A DNA stretch of 64,000 bases from Strigamia acuminata (taxonomy: Eukaryota): assembly GCA_949358305.1 (NCBI GenBank), contig OX442314.1, forward strand, positions 29,512,001 to 29,576,000, written 5' to 3'. The notes beneath the pieces are model-generated. The model searched no databases. It saw nothing but the letters and a program-made list of their open reading frames with translations, and had not been told where the DNA came from. Every line of letters begins with the position of its first letter. Position 1 is the stretch's first letter. Shown one piece after another: positions 1 through 8,979 of the stretch. Both the position numbers and the translations under genes were made by a program.

Positions 1-251
1 TCAAATTAAATTTAATTAAATTTAATTTACACGCATGAAATTACTCTCAATTTTATTTTATTTTATGTTAATATAAAATTCGAGTATTATATCTCCGTAT
101 TAAATATCCCTAGCAATCTAATATCACATATACCAGAATATTTTAGTACTTTTACATACGTCACTAGTCCCGTTGACAACGTCATATTTTTCAACCAATG
201 ACGGCAAAGTAAGCAGAATGCACCCCTCTGATGTTGCAAATTATTGTAATT

Positions 252-1315
252 TGTGGTGACCTCAAATATTCCTATTTGAGTGCGCACCATATTTCCAAAT
301 TGTCTTATAAACATATTCAACAAGCTTATATGTTTTGTTTCAATGTAAATTGAAATAAAACATACATTAATAAAATATAAAACAAGACACAATATTACCC
401 AAATAATATTGTGTTTTGCAGCAAGTTTTGGCCCAGCAACAGCGTCAACCAATCGCGCTGCAGCGTGCATTGCTTTGATGATGCTGCTAGGCGTGTGCCT
501 GGGCGGAGCATCCCTTCCCCTCGCGCGTGCCCGGCTCGATTGTTGCACACGACCCGAAGGCGGCCGTGTGTGATCTTCATGCAACTCGTCATCTGCGCAG
601 CTTTTCTGAGCAGATTTAGAAGTGAGCCAAACGGTTTTGGCCCACTCTTCCCGCATTCTTGATTCTGCTTCCAAACCATTCACATCTGTGTCAAACTTAT
701 GCCAACCATTGCTAAGTGTGATCTGTGATATCTGGAAGAGTTGAGATTCATTGCTGGTCCGTGCCAACTGTACGGAATAGCGCCTTTCTGCTTGAATTAC
801 TACGCGTAATTTAAGCCATTTCTGTGTGGAATTGACATAGAGCTTGCTCTGTCAATTTGAAGGCTTTGTGTTGAGTTTAACTCCACAAAGCGAACTGTGT
901 TAAGACGGATTGTTACGTCGAGCTTGCTCCGTAATAATCACTTTCACTGTGTGTGAGAAGTATTCTCGTGTCGAGCGTGCTCCACGAGGATTTTAGAATA
1001 TTTAGCAACGTATTTTAGCGTCGAGTTTACTCCGCTAAAATCCCGCGCTCACACGACGCCGTCGACGCCATCTTGGAGCCAACGGTCAACTGTGAGTGTA
1101 CATTTGAAGAAGAAGCCAGATCGACCCCAAACATTTTAAATAATACCTCCTTTGTATTTTGAACGATTAAAACTATCTAATTTTTCCTTTACTCTGTGTA
1201 AAATCATTCCCCTAGACAAACATTTGGCCACAGAGTAGAAGTCCTGTACGGCATCTCTACGACGATTGCTTATTGAATTTACATAATTTAATAAGTAAAA
1301 ACCCGGATCGCCGCA
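252..1315 (+). repeat. 5' LTR
   Basis: Starts TGTGGTGACC and ends GGATCGCCGCA (imperfect terminal inverted repeat). Repeated at offset 11734; ORF-track translations inside both copies are identical. Confidence 0.97.
790..1054 (+). other. Structured RNA domain in the LTR: five bulged TAR-like hairpins (830-857, 863-891, 908-939, 962-991, 1012-1041) plus hairpin 790-816
   Basis: Each unit is an 8-10 bp stem, a UA/UU/UC bulge, then GAG-loop-CUC. Lower stems differ in sequence but keep pairing; the only non-Watson-Crick pairs are G-U on the + strand. Confidence 0.85.
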
Positions 1316-1317
1316 CT

Positions 1318-1335
1318 TGGGGGCCCGTCCGGGAT
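1318..1335 (+). promoter_or_regulatory. Primer-binding site, tRNA-Pro type
   Basis: TGGGGGCCCGTCCGGGAT lies 2 nt after the 5' LTR and differs by one base from the MLV tRNA-Pro PBS TGGGGGCTCGTCCGGGAT. Confidence 0.9.
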
Positions 1336-1407
1336 AGTTTTGATTGTTAAAATTCGATTTTTGCAAAAAAATCCATTATTTCCATTGTTCTTTTTCAATT
1401 TGACAAA

Positions 1408-4302
1408 ATGGCGACGCCAATGCAAATTGTAAAACGACAGCGAGGTCGACCAAGCACTCAGAAACGAGCAGCGACGGTTTTGCCGGCTCTCGAGCCTGAA
1501 ATGCTTATGGAGAAAATTATTTCCGAGGAAATAACACCAGTTCCAGATCCGAAACAACTTAAGGATGCTGAAAATGAAGTTGCTAGAGCATTAAGCGCTT
1601 CAAGTGCGAGTTCTAACGACCAAGAACTCCCGCCACTTCCACTGGAGGAAGTGGAAAATACGTTACGTGAAATGGAAAGTGAATCGTCTCACGAATCACC
1701 TCCTCGCATGACCATGTTGGATGCTTTGAGAAATCAAGCACGCCAGGATGGCGCCCAAATAACGGACGACATGACGGTGGAAGAGATTCATCGCGCCATG
1801 ATACGACTTCACACTGACCGAGCCGTTTCAAATTTAAAATTTGAAATGGAACGGAAAGAAGCAGAGCTTCAACAACAAAAAGCTGAGGTTGAGCTTCAAC
1901 ACATGGAACTCAATCGACAAAATGAGGAATTTCTAGCCCAAAAAGCTAGAGAATACCGATTAAAAGGTGAAGTGGAAGATCTTTCTAAAATGAACGCTAG
2001 AAATGAACTTTCAATTCGCTCACACCAAGAGGCGCGAAGACAGCTCGAGCTTACCAAAAGTAAGCTGGAGCAGAAAAATAAAGAATTGATTGATTTGGCA
2101 GACCACTACCAACGCAATCATAATCAATTAGTGAGATATGCTGCTGAATTAGACACACGTGCTAAAACACAGCGTACTCGCGAGAGCAAAATAGCTAAGC
2201 GTGAAGATGAGATTTTCCACTCGCTGGATCAACCCAGTACGAGCGGACAAGTCAAGTCTAGCGACCCTGCTAAGCGATTACAACCAGAAGAATCGCAAAA
2301 TCAAATAAATGAGAATGAAATTCTCCGAGCTGATTTGTTGCGCGCTCAAGAAGAGCTTGCAGAAATGAAAGATCGTTTGCAAGCAAGGAATTATACTGAC
2401 CAATTGGTGCAACCAGAAATGGCTGCGCCAACTGTTCCTATTTTGACTCCCGAAACAATAACAATTTCTGTTGTTTCAGAGTTAAGTAGCCAATCTGGAT
2501 TATCGAGTGATGACGACCAACGTTCGCGTCGTCGCCATCGCTCAAAAAGAAAACGTCCTTCAGATTCTGAGGAACGGAGAGCTGATCGCAATCCACTTCC
2601 TGGTAATCGAAATCCTATTTTTCACAACAGTGACCGACTGTTGGGGATGGTAGACGATCGAAATAGACGGCATGAAACTGGTATTCATGTTACTCGAACG
2701 ATACCACTGGCTCAACAGCAAGACTCGTCAAAAAGAAGTCGACGAGACACGAATCCAGCACGCGAACCACCCGACGGACATGAAAGCCCGCCAGGTGGGG
2801 GTCAGTATAGAAGAAATCCACCAGATGGAGGAAATCCAGATGGACACGGAGATGGACCACCTGGAGGTGGACGTCGACCGCCAGACGATGACGGCGACCC
2901 ACCCGACCCACCTGAAACACCACATTTTAACACGCCTTCAAATTCACAATCTGATTCAAGGTCGGATTCTGATGTGAATGCGCAACAAGAACGCGATAAT
3001 CGACATCGATCTCATCGACGTCGACATCGAGGCCATTCTTCTCGGCGTAATACACATTATTACACCGCTGAAGAAATTGATCGATTATTAGCTGATCGTC
3101 GATCTTCCGATCGATCTGACGCTACTGCCGATAATGCTGACATCGCATTACGACAGAAAATTGCCCAATATACTGCAATCAACTGGACACACGATCTAGT
3201 TGACGAAAGGACTATTAGATGGGATCACATCAAACCCGCTTTATTCGATGGAGAATGGGAAGCTGGATCCACTCTTTTAGATGAAGTTTTACGAATTTCA
3301 AGGTTGAATGGCATTGCATGTCACACTGCTTTGAAAAGAGTAGTACCAAAAGCTCTTATAGACCGAGCTGAGAAATGGTTTTATTCTAAACAATTTCAAA
3401 ATTGGAACCACTTTGTAGAAGAATTCATGACTGAGTATGGAGAGTCAAGTGAAGACTTATTACAAATGTGGGATAATCTTTCTCAAAATAAAGGCGAAAG
3501 TCTTCGCTCTTATTTAAGAAGGACTGAGGATTTATTGGTCACTCTCCCTTATACGATGGGAGATGCAGCCATTGATCGTCAATTCCGACGTGGATTGACA
3601 GATTATTCAAAAAATGTTCTACTTTCAGTACGAGCACCTTATCCGGGTGGTTTCGCTGAATTAGCCAAATTTATGCGAGCCAATCAAATAAGGATTGACG
3701 AAAATTATAAAGCTTATCTACCAGCTGATGAAAAAGTTGCGTATGCTAAGCGACAGCAACGGAGAAAGGAATTAGCTAAAGATACACGTTTTGCTAATAC
3801 CCCTCTTTTGCAACCCCCAAAACGAGGAGATTTTTTGGCAGAGACTGCTAAGGAATCTAAAAAGGGATCGGATGGGAAAAATCCACATCCAACCCCTAAA
3901 GCTCACTTAGCCGAAGTGACAGAAATGGAAACTGTTTCTGAACCAGAGAAATCTGACTCGGAACCAGAAAGCGAGGCTGCAGCTGCTTTATTAGCCCGTA
4001 ATAACGCAGTAGCTCGAAAATTTGGACCAAAGATGGCACCTAAAAACGTTACTTTTGGTTCACCAAAGACAGACGCGCTCAGTAGATCGAAGTCGCCGAC
4101 CCCTAAAAAGGACGAAGCCAAACGTTCAAGTTCGCCTTCGCCAAAAGTCGCGAAATCGCCTGCTACTGACCCGTGTAATATTTGTAAAAAATTGGGACAT
4201 TGGGCTAAAGAATGTCCTGACAGAAAATCGAGCAAAGACAAGATTATAGAAGAGTTCGAGAAATCGATGAAATCAATCGGCGAACTTCTAAAAAACTTGT
4301 AA
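1408..4302 (+). CDS. gag: Gag polyprotein, 964 aa (long coiled-coil/disordered N-terminus, capsid-like region, CCHC zinc knuckle)
   Basis: First ORF after the PBS; knuckle CNICKKLGHWAKEC; capsid-like segment (AEKWF...WNHFVEEF...QNKGESLRSY). Confidence 0.92.
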   Translation: MATPMQIVKRQRGRPSTQKRAATVLPALEPEMLMEKIISEEITPVPDPKQLKDAENEVARALSASSASSNDQELPPLPLEEVENTLREMESESSHESPPRMTMLDALRNQARQDGAQITDDMTVEEIHRAMIRLHTDRAVSNLKFEMERKEAELQQQKAEVELQHMELNRQNEEFLAQKAREYRLKGEVEDLSKMNARNELSIRSHQEARRQLELTKSKLEQKNKELIDLADHYQRNHNQLVRYAAELDTRAKTQRTRESKIAKREDEIFHSLDQPSTSGQVKSSDPAKRLQPEESQNQINENEILRADLLRAQEELAEMKDRLQARNYTDQLVQPEMAAPTVPILTPETITISVVSELSSQSGLSSDDDQRSRRRHRSKRKRPSDSEERRADRNPLPGNRNPIFHNSDRLLGMVDDRNRRHETGIHVTRTIPLAQQQDSSKRSRRDTNPAREPPDGHESPPGGGQYRRNPPDGGNPDGHGDGPPGGGRRPPDDDGDPPDPPETPHFNTPSNSQSDSRSDSDVNAQQERDNRHRSHRRRHRGHSSRRNTHYYTAEEIDRLLADRRSSDRSDATADNADIALRQKIAQYTAINWTHDLVDERTIRWDHIKPALFDGEWEAGSTLLDEVLRISRLNGIACHTALKRVVPKALIDRAEKWFYSKQFQNWNHFVEEFMTEYGESSEDLLQMWDNLSQNKGESLRSYLRRTEDLLVTLPYTMGDAAIDRQFRRGLTDYSKNVLLSVRAPYPGGFAELAKFMRANQIRIDENYKAYLPADEKVAYAKRQQRRKELAKDTRFANTPLLQPPKRGDFLAETAKESKKGSDGKNPHPTPKAHLAEVTEMETVSEPEKSDSEPESEAAAALLARNNAVARKFGPKMAPKNVTFGSPKTDALSRSKSPTPKKDEAKRSSSPSPKVAKSPATDPCNICKKLGHWAKECPDRKSSKDKIIEEFEKSMKSIGELLKNL

Positions 4303-4335
4303 GCGCGCATCCAGACGGTCTAGTGGATGCGACGC
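4290..4335 (+). promoter_or_regulatory. -1 programmed ribosomal frameshift signal (gag-pol)
   Basis: Slippery heptamer A AAA AAC (4290-4296) is in gag phase. A stem GCGCGCATCCA/TGGATGCGACGC starts after a 6-nt spacer. The -1 frame is open into pol. Confidence 0.85.
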
Positions 4336-7300
4336 CTACCGCCTCGGAAAATGAACTAACACCATCTCAAATTTTAGATGAATTTTTGAATACTCAGATT
4401 AAATTAGAATTAGAAAATAATTTAATATTTCCAAAAATTGATGTTTCCAGTTTAAGGCTTGTGCTGCAAAATGAAAACATCACTGAAGAATTTTTTAAAG
4501 AAAAAGTTCAACAATTAAAAGTTGATTGGGAATCTAAAATGAAAGATGCTGTTACTTTACTAGATGGAAAAGCTAGGCCCACACCTGAAATCACTGAAGG
4601 ATCAGATAAAATTGATTTACCTGGTCTTGATGAATGTATTGAAAAATTACTGGCTACAACATTAGTCACTAATGATTTATTGGACGAATTACCATTGGAT
4701 CCGCCGATAAAAATTAAACCACCGCGACGTTTTAAATGCAAGTACGCGGACATACCAAACAGCAATGATTTGCCGACGATTCGATTGCAGACGGCAAACG
4801 GTATGATAACAGGGATGTTAGACTCTGGAGCTAATCGAAGCTTCATGGCCTACTCCGTAGTAATTTCACTGAAACTGGAAGATGAAATTCGACCAATTGG
4901 ACCGGATGTGAGAGTTACGACTGCTTCAGAAGATGTAGTCCCTGAAGGAACTCTCCTACTTTCTTTTGCGTGGACACACGGGATGTTAAGTCATCCATTC
5001 ATAATTTTAAGAAACAAATATCCTATTATTTTATTAGGATGTGATTTCATGAATCGACTCAATATTCAACCAAATCCTAAGACCATGTCTTGGAATTTTG
5101 TCAAGTCTTTGAAAGAAGATTTACCTTTTGTTCCTCAAGCGATTCTTGATCGTTATCAAGAGTTCCTTGATCCACCTGAAGAAATAATGAATAGCGACTT
5201 TATTAAAGTAAATCACATGAAAGCTGGTTCCGCCACTGCATGTCAAGCTAAAGTTGCCGATGAAGAAAATATAGTACAAAGACTTGTTAGCGACGCTAAT
5301 TTGTCAATGGAAAATAATTTAATGCTTGAAAGAGTATTAAAGAAACATGAAAAGATTTTATCACGCCGACCAGGTAGAACACACCTCGTTAGGCATGAAA
5401 TTAAACTGGACACTAAAGTTCCTATTAGAGTTCCGTTTAAAAGCGTAAATCCACAGAAACGTGAAATTATCCGTCAAATCTGTCAAGATATGTTGGATAA
5501 TGGGTACGTTGAACAAGCCACTGGAGACTATGGGATGCGAATAGTTCTAGTGATGCGTCCGGATTGTGATCCGAGACTATGCATTGATTTTAGACCACTC
5601 AATGCACATACATTATACGACCCTCCTCAAATGCCCAGCATTGAGGAAATCTTGCGAGAACTCGGAAGGTTTGAATGGGTCACAACAATAGATTTGTCAA
5701 AAGGCTATTGGCAAATAGAGGTTCATCCGAATGACCGTGCTAAAACTGCGTTTTGGAGCCCTTTGGGTCGACTTCAATTTCGAGTCATGCCCTTTGGTCT
5801 CGTAAATGCGCCGTCAACTTTTCAAAAGTTGATAGAAAAAATTTTGGGGGACGCCTATCGAAAATTCGCATGGGCATACCTCGATGATATAATTATTATA
5901 TCAAAAAATTTTGAAGAACACATGATTCATCTGGAAGAAATTCTGAGTAAACTTGAAAATGCAAATCTTCATGTTCATCCAGAAAAATCAAAATTTGGCA
6001 GAAAAGAATTAACTTTTCTTGGTTACAAGTTAAGTGTTCAAGGAGTTAGTGTCGACCCTAAAAAAGTCGCAGCTATTAAAGAAATGCCAGCTCCTTCGAA
6101 TTTGAAAGAGTTGCAAAGATTTTTGGGAATGGTGAACTTTTTTCACCGATTACTTAAAAATCTTGCAGTAATGACAGAACCTCTACGTCCTTTACTCAAA
6201 AAGGATGTGGAATTTATTTGGTCAGAAATTCATCAAGAAGCTTTTGATCAAATAAAAGATGCTTTGACAAATGCAGAAACAATGGCCATGCCTGATTTGA
6301 CAGAACCATTTATTGTGCATACCGACGCCAGCAGAAAAGGACTTGGCGCCGCGCTTATGCAAATGAGGGAAATCGATGATCAAAATATAGAAGTGCCTTG
6401 TGTTTATGCCAGCAGAAGTTTACAACCTGCTGAGATAAATTACAGCGCCACAGAATTGGAGTGCCTAGCGGTAATCTGGGCATTACGTAAATTTCGACAT
6501 TACTTGGAATTTACAACATTCATAGTAAGAACTGACCATCAAGCACTAAAATGGTTGATGCAGTTAGACGAACCTGCCGGAAGGTTAGCGCGTTGGCAAA
6601 TGGAGCTAATGCGCTACTCTTTCGAAATACAATATATTAAAGGTCCACTAAATGTTTTAGCGGATGCTTTATCCAGATCACCGATTGATAAACCGGAAAA
6701 TCCTGAAGATGATGGAGATAATGATGAATTATTATCTTACTGTCCATCACCACAACGAAATTGGAAAATGGGAAAATTTCATGAGCTTCCTGTCTCCACG
6801 CTGGAGGAAAAGGAAGATCACGAATTCGTCAACTATTGGACTAAAATCTATGACCCCTCTGAGGAATCAGATGACGTCATAAGAGCGCAAATTTCAAGGA
6901 AATTCCAAGTTCCTTCGTCAAATGTTTTAATAAAAGCATTTGTCGCCAAAATTGTAGAGCGTCTTGATTGTGAACCCCCCACAAGGGAAGACATAATCAA
7001 GGCCCAAAAAGAAGATAAAGTTTGCCAATTAATGCGTAATTTTTTAAATTGTAATCAATTTCCGCCTGACGTCACAACGCGACTCCAGAGGAAACAATAT
7101 AGAAAACACGCAACCACCTTCTTAATTGAAGATGACTTATTAATGCAATTTCATCCCACAATGTCTGATGAATTGGGGGAGGATGGGAGAGCACTCAAAG
7201 TTTTTGTACCTCAGACATTGAAGTATAAAATTATTTGGCTAATGCATGGCCACCCACTTTCTGGCCACCCAGGAATTGCAAGGACTCTTTATCGAGCACG

Positions 7301-8771
7301 CCGAATTTATACCTGGAAAGGCATGAAATCGGACATTACGAGATTCATTCGACATTGTGAGCGTTGCCAAGCTTGCAAGCCTCGAACGAAAGGACAAATT
7401 GAAGCAGCGCAAATGGGTCCTTACAGCCCATTTGACTGCCTAAGTGTTGATTTGACCGGCCCAAAACCTCGGACGCGCAAAAACAACACACATATTTTAG
7501 TCATACTTGACGTGGCAACTCATTGGCCAGAATTATATCCAATGTGTAACCCCACTGCTGGAAAAGTAGCAAATTGTATTTATCACCTTTCCATGAGCAT
7601 GGGATTCCCTCGTAAAATTATTTCTGACAACGGCCCGCAATTTCGTGCCCAAGTCTTTAAAAAATTTTGTGAAAAGTTCAAGATGGTTCCAACACCAACT
7701 TCAACGTATCACCCACAAGCTAACCCGGTTGAAAGGGTTAACCGTGACATCAAATATTTGGTTGCAATTTATTCATCGGTTCATTCCAAATGGGACGAAT
7801 ATTTGCGTGAATTTGCATTTAGTTTGAGAACTACGGTGACGAGAGGAAGAGACTTCTCTCCCGCATTTCTTAACTTTTTTTGCGAACTCAGAGTACCTTG
7901 GGATCCAAGAATACCTGAAGGAATTTTGGTCGTAGATCCAAAAAACCCACATTTATACGTGCAAAAATTAGAAGCCGTTATCGCCGAAACATATCAGCAC
8001 ATGATGTCACACGTGTTAGATTTGCGTAGACGAGTTAATCTTAAAAAAGAAGGTGAGAAGTTCTCCAATTTTAAATTAAACGATTTAGTTTGGAGAGATT
8101 CTCATGTTTTGTCGAGCGCTGCCCGCGGCATTGCAGCTGGCATCGCTGATAAAAGAACAGGACCATATGTAATAACCAAAGTATTACAGGGAGGATCCGT
8201 AGAATTGAGAAAGCTAGAAAATAACGAAATATTTCCAGCTGTCCATTCGTCTGAATTAACTCCGTATTTCCCGAGTTTCGATCAGGAAGTATGGTTAGAA
8301 GGCGAAGAAGTCGGTCAAAAGACTGAAAATATAATTAATACGTTAGATGACGATGAATTAAAGAAAATACCTGTCGATAATTCATCCAAACCACAAATGG
8401 AGTCAGACCTCGTGAATAACGACGTTGAACTTCGTGACAGTTTCAAAAAGCTTGAAATTGCTAAAAAATTAAATAAAAAGGTGTTTTTAGAAAAGAAACA
8501 AAAAACATCTGAAATAAAAGACTCATCTGACTCAGTCTCCGATGACAATGAAGACGGCGATTTAAATACAATAAATCCCTCGCCGACAAAGAGATATAAT
8601 CTTCGGACTCGTAAACCGAGAGGAAAAAACAACATGTGTCTTCTCCCCTCGATAACCTCGAGATCCAGGGATCAGCCGTATGACGTAAGGAGCAATTCCT
8701 CAAGCCATACTCAAACCAATCAAACAGTAAGATTGGATGACGTCACTAACAGCGACGTTACCCAAACGTAA
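4290..8771 (+). CDS. pol: Pol polyprotein (protease, reverse transcriptase, RNase H, integrase), expressed by frameshift
   Basis: Protease LDSGA; RT YLDD; RNase H TDAS...ELECLA...TDHQAL...ADALSR; integrase HHCC (HGHPLSGH...CERC), DLTG...SDNGPQF...VERVNR and a GPY motif; no internal stops. Confidence 0.97.
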   Translation, partial: KKLVSAHPDGLVDATPTASENELTPSQILDEFLNTQIKLELENNLIFPKIDVSSLRLVLQNENITEEFFKEKVQQLKVDWESKMKDAVTLLDGKARPTPEITEGSDKIDLPGLDECIEKLLATTLVTNDLLDELPLDPPIKIKPPRRFKCKYADIPNSNDLPTIRLQTANGMITGMLDSGANRSFMAYSVVISLKLEDEIRPIGPDVRVTTASEDVVPEGTLLLSFAWTHGMLSHPFIILRNKYPIILLGCDFMNRLNIQPNPKTMSWNFVKSLKEDLPFVPQAILDRYQEFLDPPEEIMNSDFIKVNHMKAGSATACQAKVADEENIVQRLVSDANLSMENNLMLERVLKKHEKILSRRPGRTHLVRHEIKLDTKVPIRVPFKSVNPQKREIIRQICQDMLDNGYVEQATGDYGMRIVLVMRPDCDPRLCIDFRPLNAHTLYDPPQMPSIEEILRELGRFEWVTTIDLSKGYWQIEVHPNDRAKTAFWSPLGRLQFRVMPFGLVNAPSTFQKLIEKILGDAYRKFAWAYLDDIIIISKNFEEHMIHLEEILSKLENANLHVHPEKSKFGRKELTFLGYKLSVQGVSVDPKKVAAIKEMPAPSNLKELQRFLGMVNFFHRLLKNLAVMTEPLRPLLKKDVEFIWSEIHQEAFDQIKDALTNAETMAMPDLTEPFIVHTDASRKGLGAALMQMREIDDQNIEVPCVYASRSLQPAEINYSATELECLAVIWALRKFRHYLEFTTFIVRTDHQALKWLMQLDEPAGRLARWQMELMRYSFEIQYIKGPLNVLADALSRSPIDKPENPEDDGDNDELLSYCPSPQRNWKMGKFHELPVSTLEEKEDHEFVNYWTKIYDPSEESDDVIRAQISRKFQVPSSNVLIKAFVAKIVERLDCEPPTREDIIKAQKEDKVCQLMRNFLNCNQFPPDVTTRLQRKQYRKHATTFLIEDDLLMQFHPTMSDELGEDGRALKVFVPQTLKYKIIWLMHGHPLSGHPGIARTLYRARRIYTWKGMKSDITRFIRHCERCQACKPRTKGQIEAAQMGPYSPFDCLSVDLTGPKPRTRKNNTHILVILDVATHWPELYPMCNPTAGKVANCIYHLSMSMGFPRKIISDNGPQFRAQVFKKFCEKFKMVPTPTSTYHPQANPVERVNRDIKYLVAIYSSVHSKWDEYLREFAFSLRTTVTRGRDFSPAFLNFFCELRVPWDPRIPEGILVVDPKNPHLYVQKLEAVIAETYQHMMSHVLDLRRRVNLKKEGEKFSNFKLNDLVWRDSHVLSSAARGIAAGIADKRTGPYVITKVLQGGSVELRKLENNEIFPAVHSSELTPYFPSFDQEVWLEGEEVGQKTENIINTLDDDELKKIPVDNSSKPQMESDLVNNDVELRDSFKKLEIAKKLNKKVFLEKKQKTSEIKDSSDSVSDDNEDGDLNTINPSPTKRYNLRTRKPRGKNNMCLLPSITSRSRDQPYDVRSNSSSHTQTNQTVRLDDVTNSDVTQT

Positions 8772-8813
8772 CTTCCGGTATTTGAACTGATCACTTCGCG
8801 TCTGAGTTCACTT
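8681..8813 (+). promoter_or_regulatory. Candidate internal promoter for the accessory gene
   Basis: TGACGTAA 8681, CCAAT 8716, ATTGG 8732, TGACGTCA 8738, ETS-type ACTTCCGG 8771, Inr-like TCACTT at 8791 and 8808, followed by a GTAAGT donor at 8895. Confidence 0.5.
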
Positions 8814-8979
8814 CGATCTCACACGTGTGCTAAGTGCTCATCTCCGAAAAACCAAAAGCGAAACAACTGGATAAATTCTCCCGAATCTTCAATTGTAAGT
8901 AGTTTTTTCTTTGGAATTTTCCAAAGAAAAACTAATAAATTAATTTTCGTTTTTCTTTCCATTTGGATTAGTCGTTCAA

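Noticed and set aside
87..767. 226-aa antisense ORF in the LTR (and its 214-aa twin at 11857-12501)
   Set aside because: Non-ATG start, runs out of the LTR into unrelated flanks, and has no recognisable domain; the duplication simply reflects the two LTRs.
830..1041. LTR hairpin array as a CRISPR-like array or terminators
   Set aside because: Eukaryotic context with no cas genes; the conserved part is a structural motif rather than a direct repeat with spacers, and there are no consistent U tails.
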